Positions 9,187-18,980 of a DNA stretch of 64,000 bases are shown piece by piece; position 1 is the stretch's first letter; the number at the start of each line of letters is the position of its first letter. Source of the DNA: Candidatus Omnitrophota bacterium (GTDB lineage: Bacteria > Omnitrophota > Gorgyraeia > Gygaellales > JAQTUX01); NCBI GenBank assembly GCA_028707125.1, contig JAQTUX010000002.1, forward strand, positions 144,355-208,354, in the 5' to 3' direction. The notes below the pieces were generated by a model. The model was not told where the DNA came from. It saw only the letters and a program-made list of their open reading frames with translations, and did not search any database. Position numbers and translations under genes: made by a program.

Positions 9187-10729
9187 TAAAACTCCTCCGG
9201 TCTGATTTATAAAAGATCTTGTTTCTCAGGTACTTAATAATCGCCAGATCGCCGAAGAACGTGTAGTATTTATTCTTCAGCCTGAATCTGTAATAACGGC
9301 TTATCGGCACATAGGCGATCTTCAACACAGCCCTTAAGAAGGCGTTCCTGATAGAATTGATGACATTAGGCACGGCATTGGCGAGGATGCTCATATAGGA
9401 TATATTTCCCAGCCGTATCCTGTCCTTACGATCAAACCAGGGATTCTTTCTGCCTTCCAGATCATAATCATCGTAAATCCAGTCGATCCACCCCTCCAGC
9501 TGCCGGGGCGCCTTGAGGCCGTTTTTAAGCGCCGACTCATACATTGGCGTCGCCGGCAGGGCCGTATAAATGGCCATGGTCTCAAACAGGGCGTTGGGAT
9601 TATCCCTTTTGAGGCGGAAAGAAAGGTCTATGGTCTTATCGATATCTTCAAATGTTTCACCGGGAAAACCGATCATTAACGCAAAGGCGGGAGTGATCCC
9701 CGCGGCCTTTGCCTTGAGATTGGCCCTGATCGTATCTTCTACCTTTATGCCCTTATTGGAAAGCTCCAGCACCCTGTCTGAACCGGACTCGGCGCCGAAT
9801 TTCAGAACATAGGCGCCGCTCTTTTTTAGAAGCGCCGTCTGCTCATCGCTGGCCTTATTAAAAACATCTACCCGGGTTCCGGATGTATACCAATGGATCT
9901 TCAGGTCATTCCGGATGATCCCTTCGCATATCCTCTGGGCCCTTTCCCGATTGATGTAGAACTCATCGTCCCTTATCCAGATGCCGCTGAGCCCGAATCT
10001 CTTCACCGTATCTACGATGATCCCGAGGCTCTTTTCAACAGACATATCGCGCCATTTCCTCTTTCGCAAACTTGCGCTGCTGCAAAAGCCGCAGTTAAAC
10101 GGGCACCCCCTGCTGGTCTGGCCTATGTCAAGGGTCCTTAAACTTTCCTTTAAATACATATCGGGATGTATGTACTTTTCCACGTCGATCAATCCCCATG
10201 GGACAGGCAATAATCCCTCAACGTCAATCAATGCCCGATCCGGGTTTCTTACGGCCCTGCCGCCGTCCTTGTAGGCAATGCCTTCTATCCCGGAAAGCGA
10301 GCCGCCTGAGGCCAGCGCCCCTACTAACTCCCGGAAGGTAACATCGCCTTCGCCAACGCAGACTATATCCACGTATTCGCTCATCAGGGTTTGCTCCGGC
10401 AGTATAGACGGATGCGGCCCGCCCCAGACTATCGGGACCTTGCCGCCCGCGGCCCTTCGCACGACCTTTGCCGCTTCAATCGCAAAGTGGATCTGCGTGC
10501 CTGTCATTGAAGAGATGCCTACGCATACGGGGCCGGACTTCAATGCCTCGGTTAAATTGCGGCCCCAATCCTTATCCACCCGCTGGTCTATTATACTGAC
10601 CTTATAACCGCCCTTCTGAAGCGGCGCGGCTATGGTTAAAAGAGAATGCGGCACGGCAACGGTTGAGCCGAAATCCATCCCTGTCTTGGGATAAACAAGG
10701 ACTACATCTGCGGCTTTATTTTCCTGCAT
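9152..10729 (-). CDS. Cobalamin-binding (class B) radical SAM enzyme, paralogue 2 of 7.
   Basis: 525 aa. B12-binding N-terminus (VVLVYPKTG...IIDQR...VWGGPHPS) and radical SAM motif TSRGCPFNCGFCS. Confidence 0.85.
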   Translation of the reverse strand: MQENKAADVVLVYPKTGMDFGSTVAVPHSLLTIAAPLQKGGYKVSIIDQRVDKDWGRNLTEALKSGPVCVGISSMTGTQIHFAIEAAKVVRRAAGGKVPIVWGGPHPSILPEQTLMSEYVDIVCVGEGDVTFRELVGALASGGSLSGIEGIAYKDGGRAVRNPDRALIDVEGLLPVPWGLIDVEKYIHPDMYLKESLRTLDIGQTSRGCPFNCGFCSSASLRKRKWRDMSVEKSLGIIVDTVKRFGLSGIWIRDDEFYINRERAQRICEGIIRNDLKIHWYTSGTRVDVFNKASDEQTALLKKSGAYVLKFGAESGSDRVLELSNKGIKVEDTIRANLKAKAAGITPAFALMIGFPGETFEDIDKTIDLSFRLKRDNPNALFETMAIYTALPATPMYESALKNGLKAPRQLEGWIDWIYDDYDLEGRKNPWFDRKDRIRLGNISYMSILANAVPNVINSIRNAFLRAVLKIAYVPISRYYRFRLKNKYYTFFGDLAIIKYLRNKIFYKSDRRSFNEDNLTCIDLE

Positions 10730-10736
10730 AGCTCTC

Positions 10737-12095
10737 CTAAAGAATAAAGGCCAGATTATTCCTGACCCAGCTCAGAATCGGGACGGCCATCACATAGAAT
10801 AAAAGGTTCAACGCCATAATAACGCCTATTATTGCCAATGACAGGTATTTATTTTTGAACTTGCCCCAGATAGTAAATATACCCAGGCTGGCGAATATTA
10901 TCAAATATGGCTCCAGAGGGTAACGATGCCTGGTGTCGCCTGAAAAGATCATAACCATAAAACTGGCATACAAAAATGATAACAGCAGTAATGCGGTGTT
11001 TACGTTCAACCCGGGCCTCACGGCTTTGATTATGCCGACTATACCGAACATAAGAATAATTGAATACCAGATATTATATATCCTCTGCATACCGTTATTA
11101 TAATGCGTCTGAAATACATCCCATAGGCACAATACTTTCTTAAGCAGCAATTTCGGCATGCGCTTATAATCAGCGGCTATAAATTTAATGGCGGTATTCT
11201 TATAGAATTTATCCTGCTCCACTTCGTTCATCCGGCTGATCTGCTTCATTTCTTCATTCGTAAATATCCGGCTGAAATCGCCGAAGGAGCTCCCCTTTGC
11301 ATAAGGGTTATTGCTGTTAAGCAGGGCGCCTCCGCCCATTGTGGAAAAAGGGACGAGCGCCCTGTGCACAAGATAATTTCTAAATGCCCATGGCGAAATA
11401 GTCAGCGTGAAAACAGCGCACATAACCAATATCCCTCTTAACGCGAGCTTAAGCGGATAACGGTATATCAACAATCCGGACAAAAATAGAGGGAAAAAGG
11501 CATTAAACGGCCTTGTTAAGGCAAGCAGGCCCAGAAAAACCCCGGATATAACCGCTCCTTTCATCTTAAGATTTACGAAGAAACCGCTTATCAGGAATAA
11601 TACAAATAAACCATACAAAATGTTGAACAGATTCTCCGAATACAGGAATCCCGGGCCGCCATAAAAGGCATAAGATATATACGGCTGATAAAAGGCAAGT
11701 ATAAGTGCCGACAATAGCCCTATGCGTTCATCAAAGATCTTCCGGCCGATATAATAGATAATAACGCACAATAAAGCGCCCATAATGCTCTGAATGACCC
11801 TTACCGCGACATAATTATGGCCAAAGGCCCGATAGATAGATGCCAGAAACAAGGGATATAAAGGGGTGCGCAAAGATGTCGGCCCCTTTTCCGGATCCAT
11901 GGAATAACCATTGCCTGACGCTAAATTGACGGCTATAGTGTCGTAATCCAGCGCATCAGCTCCCGGTTTTTGCAGGTATCGCGGCAGATTCAAAACAGCC
12001 GCTATGCGCAAAGATAAGGCGGCAACGAAAATTAACAACAAAAGCCGCTTCCTATATCTTGTCCAATTTGAGAATACTGAATTTACCATCATCAT
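10737..12095 (-). CDS. GT-C membrane glycosyltransferase, ArnT/PMT (GT39/GT83-like, PMT_2) family.
   Basis: 452 aa with about 11 predicted transmembrane segments. First-loop signature: ADALDYDTIAVNLASGNGYS...RTPLYPLFLASIY. Confidence 0.6.
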   Translation of the reverse strand: MMMVNSVFSNWTRYRKRLLLLIFVAALSLRIAAVLNLPRYLQKPGADALDYDTIAVNLASGNGYSMDPEKGPTSLRTPLYPLFLASIYRAFGHNYVAVRVIQSIMGALLCVIIYYIGRKIFDERIGLLSALILAFYQPYISYAFYGGPGFLYSENLFNILYGLFVLFLISGFFVNLKMKGAVISGVFLGLLALTRPFNAFFPLFLSGLLIYRYPLKLALRGILVMCAVFTLTISPWAFRNYLVHRALVPFSTMGGGALLNSNNPYAKGSSFGDFSRIFTNEEMKQISRMNEVEQDKFYKNTAIKFIAADYKRMPKLLLKKVLCLWDVFQTHYNNGMQRIYNIWYSIILMFGIVGIIKAVRPGLNVNTALLLLSFLYASFMVMIFSGDTRHRYPLEPYLIIFASLGIFTIWGKFKNKYLSLAIIGVIMALNLLFYVMAVPILSWVRNNLAFIL

Positions 12096-13806
12096 AAACT
12101 TCTGATATCCCTATGTTATTTCTTAAAACAGATTCTTCAACCCTGGATTTTCTTTCCTCATTTCTTACCAGGATGTGATTAAGACGGTATTTACTTAATT
12201 TATCTGCCAGATACTTTCCGTTCAGAAACAGCTTAGATTTTCCCTTGAGATAATCGATATATTCCTGATCTATGCCTCTGCCCCCATATTCTTTGATAGC
12301 GCCCATACAAACAAAATGCGCCCCGTTACCATGTCGGATAAATTCCTCGGCATCTCTGCTGTCATAACCAAACAGCGATAAAGCGATAAAATATCTGTCC
12401 TCCAGTTCTTCTTTAGATCTTATGGTCCCGATAAATAACGGTAGGAATATAAAATTATTTGTATAAAGGAGTATATCGCCTGGTGTCGGGTCTGCCTGCT
12501 TCAATTCATTGAAGGGATCAACAAGCACGACATCATCTTGGCCGGCATGCTCCTTTAGCCAGGAAAACGGCGCTGATAAGGATTGTCTCTGCGCGTATCT
12601 CGCCTTATACACATGATAATAGTGGGTCTGTTGGCTAAGCGCGGATACAGCCATAAGAACCAATATCACTCTAAATGACAATTCCTGCAATAACCTGCTG
12701 CTAACTATCCCTGCCGGCAGCCTCAGGCCGTTTAAGGATGAGAACAGCGCGATTATCAAGAATGTCTTATTGCTGTAACCGAGCCAGTGCCCGGGGAATA
12801 AAGTCATCCCGGAAATCAAATGCTGGTTCGAACAGATCAATCCTCCAGCCAGGAAAGAAACAATGAAAGCAAATCGGATGCTCCTTTTTTCTCTGTAGAA
12901 TGACATGATAAGCAATGTCGGAATTAAATAGAAAGCCGGCAATATCAGTTTGCGGGAATACACAACATCGTTAAAATATCGCAAGGCATCGTAATGAGGA
13001 TGATGCATAACCTGCCGTAAATTCAGCCAGTAAGGAATCGATATTATAAACGATACCGCGATTATCAGCATCATTCTTCGTAACAAAGCGTATTCCTTCT
13101 TTAGTGCGAGCAATATCATTAACACAAACAGGCCGGCATAAATAAACGTCCAATAATATATAAACGCGTAAAATAACGACCCTACCGCAGCTGCGGCAGC
13201 CCACGGGATGAGGCGGCCTCGTGAATAAAGCGCCTTATATACCAAAAGAAGGGATAAAATAAGCATAACATGATTAAACTGCGGGGAAACCGGCCTTAAA
13301 AACCACAATGGTTCAGCATATTTCAAGGTTAATAACTCTTTTAGTATCCATATTTTCCCCGTAAAGAAGCGATAGGCCAGCAATATACCGGCTGAACCCA
13401 GAATGCCAAGGTTCTGCGAACCGCAAAGTTCAAATATGAGACGGTAAATTAACAAAAACAGGACCGCGGGCAAAATAAAGCTCAACAAAATGTCCACCCG
13501 GACAACAGAGAGGCCCAAAACCCTGCCCACAACCCCTGAGAAGGCCTCCGGGAGAAAGCCGAATGTCCATGGCTGCCGGACGTGTTCATAGTTGTCAAAG
13601 CCGGAAAGCGTAGGATTACCTCCTTTATAAAAGGCGTTTACCCTGCCTAAATATTTGTCTTCATCAGAGGTCGTGGTTAAAGAGATACCGCGGTAATCAT
13701 CGCCCAGCTCATAACGGAACCGCATATCCGGATATATGTATATGCACCCGATCACGGCCGCAAGCGCAAGCAATAATACAATCTTCCGCAGTCCTTTACC
13801 CGGCAT
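12052..13806 (-). CDS. Integral membrane protein of unknown function, possibly a GT-C-like glycosyltransferase or a polymerase.
   Basis: 584 aa. It has an N-terminal signal or transmembrane segment, then about 10 hydrophobic helices, then a ~150-aa soluble C-terminal domain. It lies between two ArnT-like genes. Confidence 0.4.
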   Translation of the reverse strand: MPGKGLRKIVLLLALAAVIGCIYIYPDMRFRYELGDDYRGISLTTTSDEDKYLGRVNAFYKGGNPTLSGFDNYEHVRQPWTFGFLPEAFSGVVGRVLGLSVVRVDILLSFILPAVLFLLIYRLIFELCGSQNLGILGSAGILLAYRFFTGKIWILKELLTLKYAEPLWFLRPVSPQFNHVMLILSLLLVYKALYSRGRLIPWAAAAAVGSLFYAFIYYWTFIYAGLFVLMILLALKKEYALLRRMMLIIAVSFIISIPYWLNLRQVMHHPHYDALRYFNDVVYSRKLILPAFYLIPTLLIMSFYREKRSIRFAFIVSFLAGGLICSNQHLISGMTLFPGHWLGYSNKTFLIIALFSSLNGLRLPAGIVSSRLLQELSFRVILVLMAVSALSQQTHYYHVYKARYAQRQSLSAPFSWLKEHAGQDDVVLVDPFNELKQADPTPGDILLYTNNFIFLPLFIGTIRSKEELEDRYFIALSLFGYDSRDAEEFIRHGNGAHFVCMGAIKEYGGRGIDQEYIDYLKGKSKLFLNGKYLADKLSKYRLNHILVRNEERKSRVEESVLRNNIGISEVYDDGKFSILKLDKI

Positions 13807-13815
13807 ATCTATCGA

Positions 13816-15111
13816 TCACCATAAATGAATCTTTTCCATAAATGACCTTGCGAATATCTTCGCCTGATAAGAGTTAAAATATATGAAAAGATTCAGAAGA
13901 AGATACGACCCCGTCAACAGGACACCGTAAATCCTCCTGGAAAACCTTAAAACAAAATAGTAGATTCCCGCCGAAGCGATAATAATGATATACGGCTCCA
14001 CCGGCAGGCGGAACCTGGGAGAGCCGTACATGATCAATGTGATGAAAACGGCGTAGATTACAGGCAGATACACGGGCAGCAGTTCCTTGAGCCTCCTGCG
14101 CGTGATAAATATACCATAGATAAAAAACGGCATTATAAAAACGTACATAAAATTATATATCCCGTATCCGATGATCTCCCAGTCAAACGGAGACCAGAAA
14201 AATCCGAGCTTTAACAGCTCCAGCTTAAGTACCTTCAGCGGATTGCGCCTGATATATTTCAACGCCTCCCTTGCCAGAAAGTCGCTTCGTTCTGCTTCGG
14301 AATCCAACAGGTCGGCCTTTTTAGTCGTATCGTCCTTAGGGTGCAGCCCGAATAATTTACCGTTCTGCGGAACATATGAGCCGTATAGGCCCATGCCCGT
14401 CTTATTGGTGATCAATGTAAATCTATGATGCAGCTGAGAATTCCTTATTATCCAGGGCAATATCGGCAGCAGGAAAAAGGCCACAAAAATAAGTACCCCT
14501 GCCAAAATTTGCCTGATATTATACCATTTGGGGAACATCGCCCTGCCTGATAACGATAAAATAAACAGGGGGAATAAAACCAGCATATCGCGGACCATAA
14601 CAGCAAGCCCTAATACTATGCCAAGGACGACTAGATTCCTGAAAGTATGTTTCCGAAGCTGCCTTAGCAAAAGAAACATCGCTATAACGAGCAGAAAAGT
14701 AAAAAGATTTTCATTTCTCAGGTACTGCGAAATCTTGACAAACCCCGGGTTGAAACAGGCGATCAAGGCGCTTATCAGGGCAACCCTTGTATTAAAGATA
14801 TCCTTTGATATTAAGAATATTACGGCGCAGACCACTGCCCCTGATAATATCTGGATAATTATCAACGCGGAATAATTATGGTTAAATGAATAAAGCACCG
14901 AGGCGATAAAGAACGGGTAAAGCGGCGGATGGCATGAGGTTGCCTGCCCGTTGATCGAATAGCCCCGCCCATCAAGGACATTCTGCGCCAATTCCCCATA
15001 CCCCTCCACGTCGCCCGGCGTTATATGTAAAACGGGGAGAAGCAAAATCAACCTTACCAAGAACGCGCCGACGATGATCACGAATATAAGCCTTGCGTCT
15101 TTCATGGTCAT
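13816..15111 (-). CDS. GT-C membrane glycosyltransferase, ArnT/PMT_2-like; paralogue of the gene at 10737-12095.
   Basis: 431 aa, multi-pass membrane protein. Loop signature: GDVEGYGELAQNVLDGRGYS...HPPLYPFFIASVLY. Confidence 0.6.
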   Translation of the reverse strand: MTMKDARLIFVIIVGAFLVRLILLLPVLHITPGDVEGYGELAQNVLDGRGYSINGQATSCHPPLYPFFIASVLYSFNHNYSALIIIQILSGAVVCAVIFLISKDIFNTRVALISALIACFNPGFVKISQYLRNENLFTFLLVIAMFLLLRQLRKHTFRNLVVLGIVLGLAVMVRDMLVLFPLFILSLSGRAMFPKWYNIRQILAGVLIFVAFFLLPILPWIIRNSQLHHRFTLITNKTGMGLYGSYVPQNGKLFGLHPKDDTTKKADLLDSEAERSDFLAREALKYIRRNPLKVLKLELLKLGFFWSPFDWEIIGYGIYNFMYVFIMPFFIYGIFITRRRLKELLPVYLPVIYAVFITLIMYGSPRFRLPVEPYIIIIASAGIYYFVLRFSRRIYGVLLTGSYLLLNLFIYFNSYQAKIFARSFMEKIHLW

Positions 15112-16103
15112 AAGATACCTTCTAACCCCGAATATATTATCTGCGCCATCTTTTCGTTGCCTTGATCTGAGAAATGGGCGATATCGCTGAAATATTTACA
15201 GCGAGATTCATAATCCAGGGATTCAAAAAATGAAGAACAATCCAGCAGGCGGGCGTTATTTTCCCCGCAGACACCCTCGATTATATCGATAGTATCCCTG
15301 TATCTCTGCGAATCATAATCCCTGGCAGGATACTTAACTACTATGGGCATTATATTGTTTTGCCTGCATATCATTATCATCTCTCTCAGATCTCCGGCAA
15401 AGACCGGCAAAAGGTCCTTATAGACCTCATCAAATTTACCCGCCCCGGACGCGTTCTGTCTGTTGTTAAACAGGCCGCCGATGGCGTTTTTCAGTTTTAA
15501 ATAAACAATGCTGTTATCTACCAGGAAATTGTTAACCCTCGCGGAAATGGGCAATCCTTTAAAGTAGACATTTCCCGGCACCCAGCTGTATTTCGACTTC
15601 AGGCAGCCGACCAGGTTCCAACCGGTAAAGATAATCACCGCATCCGGCTCAAGCGCCAATATGTCTTTCCTCAACCTGGCAGCCAGATTGCTCGAACCAT
15701 AGCCGCAGACGCCCGCATTCAATACTTCGTAGTCCGGCGGCTGCGAGCCATTATTAAGGAGCCCTTCCAGGATCTGCGGCCAGACCTTCGCGTTGTCAAA
15801 CTGCTCCTGGCCAAAGGTAGTGGATTCTCCCAGGCAGACGATCCTGACCTTATTGCCTTTATTTATATCAAAATGGCCTTTTCTCATACCCCGATAGCAT
15901 AATCCATGCTTACCTTTATATTGAGCGCTTATCTTATAACCTAAGGCCTCATCGCCCTCATAAAGAAAGGATTCCTTATAACCGAAATGGTGTTTTTGAT
16001 AAAAATACCATCTCCCTGAAAGCTCTAATAGAAACAGGAAAAGAAATGTAAAGGCCAAAGACATTAAAAGTACCCTGATATTCTTCATTTCATTATTATC
16101 CAA
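15108..16103 (-). CDS. SGNH/GDSL-family hydrolase, a candidate sugar O-acyl esterase or transferase, with an N-terminal membrane anchor.
   Basis: GDS(L) block IVCLGESTTFG. The D..H catalytic block appears as DIAHFSDQGNEKMA. The N-terminus is a hydrophobic helix. Confidence 0.55.
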   Translation of the reverse strand: MDNNEMKNIRVLLMSLAFTFLFLFLLELSGRWYFYQKHHFGYKESFLYEGDEALGYKISAQYKGKHGLCYRGMRKGHFDINKGNKVRIVCLGESTTFGQEQFDNAKVWPQILEGLLNNGSQPPDYEVLNAGVCGYGSSNLAARLRKDILALEPDAVIIFTGWNLVGCLKSKYSWVPGNVYFKGLPISARVNNFLVDNSIVYLKLKNAIGGLFNNRQNASGAGKFDEVYKDLLPVFAGDLREMIMICRQNNIMPIVVKYPARDYDSQRYRDTIDIIEGVCGENNARLLDCSSFFESLDYESRCKYFSDIAHFSDQGNEKMAQIIYSGLEGIL

Positions 16104-17473
16104 TGAAAGAACCTCTTTAAGAGGAACCCGAAATGCCTGAAGGACTTGATCCCCAAAAGATTCTTCAATATTATGCGCGGCCTGGTATAAAACTTCAGGA
16201 ACGCCGATCGCTGTAATGACCTGAGCTGCTTATTGGATAATCCCCCATGGCTGTAAGGGGCGCTCATAAAATAAAATCTGTCCCAGTTAACCTTATTGAT
16301 CTCGCCGCTAGAAACCAGCCCGCTGTAACTTTCGGTCCCGGGAAACGGCAGATACGTGAAATAATTAGCCCGAATCAAGCCAAGGTCCAATGAGAAGCGT
16401 ATCGTCTTTTTTATATCTTCGACGGTCTCTCCGGGAAAACCGATAATAAAAAATCCTGCTATATCTATACCGAAGCGGTGTATCAACTCTATGCCTTCGC
16501 GGATCTTCTTGAGCGTTACGTTCTTTTTCATAAGGCCCAGGACCCTGTCGGAACCGGATTCTATGCCTAAAGATATTAAATAAAGCCCGCTCTCCTTCAT
16601 CAACTTCAGCAATTCTTCGTCCAGGCTGTCGATACGCACCCCGTTGGGAGTAGCCCAGCTGATATCCAGGCCCAGGTCAATAAGTTTCCTCAAGAACTCT
16701 TTGGCGTAAACCTTATCAAAAATAAAGTTATCATCGATAATATGGAACTCCCTGATCTTGTGCCTGTCATACAAATATTTTATCTGGTTAATTATAAAAT
16801 CCGGGCTATGTCTTCGTATCCGCCTCCCCGATACGATATGCCCCGCGCAAAAGGTGCAGGCAAATGGGCATCCGCGCGTAAGCATGATCGGGGCAATGGG
16901 GAATTTCTTGAAAAACGCCCCATGCTGGGACTCAGGGTATTCTTCCGGCCGGATCAGGTCCCAGGCCGGCATGCCTAAAGTATCCAGATCGTCGACAAAT
17001 TCCCGCTGGTTTATCTTAATCGTGCCGTCGTCCCTGAAGGCCAGCCCGGGAATGCCGGAGATGCCGGCCGACGAACTGCCGCTCAATTTATCAAGCAATA
17101 ACGGCAGCGCCCTTTCCGCTTCTCCCACAAAAATAAAATCCAAAGAATCGTTAAAATACTCAAAACTTTCCCTGGGAAGCGCCGAAGGATGCGGCCCTCC
17201 TATCGCCGTAATAATCCCCCTCCTGTAACTCCTGCACTCGCACAATGCCTCTCTGATAAAGTCCATGTCAAAGGTATAACATTGGAAACCCACAAAATCG
17301 GGATTATAGCTTTTAAGCGCGTTCTTAAACTGACCTATTTTTATATTCTCCTTTATACAGTCCAGTATCCTGACGTCGCCCCTGCTCCTTATGGCTCCGG
17401 CCAGATAGCCCAGGCCCAGCGACGGTTGTATATGGTCGGTTAAGTTATACGGTTTTACCAATAGCGTCTTCAT
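16085..17473 (-). CDS. Cobalamin-binding (class B) radical SAM enzyme, paralogue 3 of 7.
   Basis: 462 aa. The N-terminus is MKTLLVKPYN...ILDC...AIGGPHPS. Radical SAM motif: TRGCPFACTFCA. Confidence 0.85.
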   Translation of the reverse strand: MKTLLVKPYNLTDHIQPSLGLGYLAGAIRSRGDVRILDCIKENIKIGQFKNALKSYNPDFVGFQCYTFDMDFIREALCECRSYRRGIITAIGGPHPSALPRESFEYFNDSLDFIFVGEAERALPLLLDKLSGSSSAGISGIPGLAFRDDGTIKINQREFVDDLDTLGMPAWDLIRPEEYPESQHGAFFKKFPIAPIMLTRGCPFACTFCAGHIVSGRRIRRHSPDFIINQIKYLYDRHKIREFHIIDDNFIFDKVYAKEFLRKLIDLGLDISWATPNGVRIDSLDEELLKLMKESGLYLISLGIESGSDRVLGLMKKNVTLKKIREGIELIHRFGIDIAGFFIIGFPGETVEDIKKTIRFSLDLGLIRANYFTYLPFPGTESYSGLVSSGEINKVNWDRFYFMSAPYSHGGLSNKQLRSLQRSAFLKFYTRPRIILKNLLGIKSFRHFGFLLKRFFHWIIMK

Positions 17474-18980
17474 TGCTCTGTGATAATGCCTTATCTTGCG
17501 CGAGTGAATATATATACTGCGATCTGATAAACATGGTTATCGATTCTTTCATGCGAATATAAAGGTTCCTGCCGATAGATAAAAAGAATATGGAAACTAC
17601 CCTGGTAAAGGCATTGATGGGTATCCTTTTTATCAAAGGATGCAGGAAATCCGGCGTCTTTGTCAGTATCGGTATCAACACCTGCAGCCTTTTGGCCTCC
17701 TCTACCTCCACATTCTGCAACAGGCTGCCTTCTTTCATATTCCTAAGGTCGGTATCTTTCCTGAGGGCGCTTTCGCCGTTACAGATCCTTTCATAAATGT
17801 CCTTACGCAAAAACCCGTTTTGAAGGCAAAAATCGGTCAATTCCGTGTGGGGAAACGGGTAAAAGATGGTCATGATCGTGCCGTCGGGTTTTATCCGCCT
17901 GTTCAGATCATATGTCTGCCACATCTGTTCGCGCGTTTCAGTCGGGAAACCGACTATGTTTAACGTGCAGAACCTGATCCCGACCTCCTTCAATGTTCTG
18001 GACGTATTAACGATATCCTCGTTGCTCATATTTCTTTTAAGCAGCTTGCGCCTGAGCTCTTCATTACCCGACTCTATGCCGATATCCGTATAGATGCATC
18101 CGGCCTCCGCCAGCTGCCTCATCGTGTCTTTCTTCACGGCCTGAGGGTGCACCATTATCTTGAAGGGAAGCCGTATATCTCTTTTATAGATCTCGCAGAA
18201 TCTCCTTACCCAGTCCTCGTTTATGGTGAATATGTCATCGTAGAAGAATACCTCTTTTATCTTATACCTGTCCTTGAAGAACCTGAGCTCGCTGATAACG
18301 TTTTCCACGCTTCTGCGGCGGACGTATGGTTTGCCGCTGATATTAAATAACTTTCTGTAGTGCGAATTGAAACAGTAAGTGCACTGATGAGGGCATCCCC
18401 TGCCGCTCATCACATATAACCTGTCGGAAAAGCAACCGTATTTCCTGAAGCCGTCTTTGTCCGGGAACGGCAGCGAATCCAGGTCCTGAATAAGCGGCCG
18501 CGACGGATTACGCACGACCTCGCCGTCGCGCTTAAACCATATATTTCTTGTAGAATAGTCCACATCACCCTTCTGCATGCCGTTGACGAGTTCAAGCATC
18601 GCCTCCTCGCCTTCGCCCACGCATATCATATCAATATTGGGGTTTTTTATGACATATGCAGGCAGTATAGTCGGATGTATCCCTCCCACTATAATCGGGA
18701 CATCCATACGCTGCTTTATAAGACCTGCCATTTTGGATACCCAGGGATATAGATTGGTCAGGCAGGAAAAGGCTATTAAATCGGGGGAATACTCCTCGGC
18801 CCTTCTGACCATCTTCTCGCCGACGTCAAAGAACCTGTCCAGGACTTTAAACCTGTATTCTATGTCCCCTGAACCCGGGTCAAAAAGCAGCTCTGTCTGG
18901 TGCCCGGCATTCTTAAGGACGCTGGATAAATATTCTATGCCCAGCCACTCAGCGTTCCTGTGAAAAAATAACACCTTCAT
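17445..18980 (-). CDS. Cobalamin-binding (class B) radical SAM enzyme, paralogue 4 of 7, in tandem with paralogue 3.
   Basis: 511 aa. The N-terminus is MKVLFFHRN...IVGGIHPT. Radical SAM motif: SGRGCPHQCTYCF. Confidence 0.85.
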   Translation of the reverse strand: MKVLFFHRNAEWLGIEYLSSVLKNAGHQTELLFDPGSGDIEYRFKVLDRFFDVGEKMVRRAEEYSPDLIAFSCLTNLYPWVSKMAGLIKQRMDVPIIVGGIHPTILPAYVIKNPNIDMICVGEGEEAMLELVNGMQKGDVDYSTRNIWFKRDGEVVRNPSRPLIQDLDSLPFPDKDGFRKYGCFSDRLYVMSGRGCPHQCTYCFNSHYRKLFNISGKPYVRRRSVENVISELRFFKDRYKIKEVFFYDDIFTINEDWVRRFCEIYKRDIRLPFKIMVHPQAVKKDTMRQLAEAGCIYTDIGIESGNEELRRKLLKRNMSNEDIVNTSRTLKEVGIRFCTLNIVGFPTETREQMWQTYDLNRRIKPDGTIMTIFYPFPHTELTDFCLQNGFLRKDIYERICNGESALRKDTDLRNMKEGSLLQNVEVEEAKRLQVLIPILTKTPDFLHPLIKRIPINAFTRVVSIFFLSIGRNLYIRMKESITMFIRSQYIYSLAQDKALSQSNEDAIGKTV

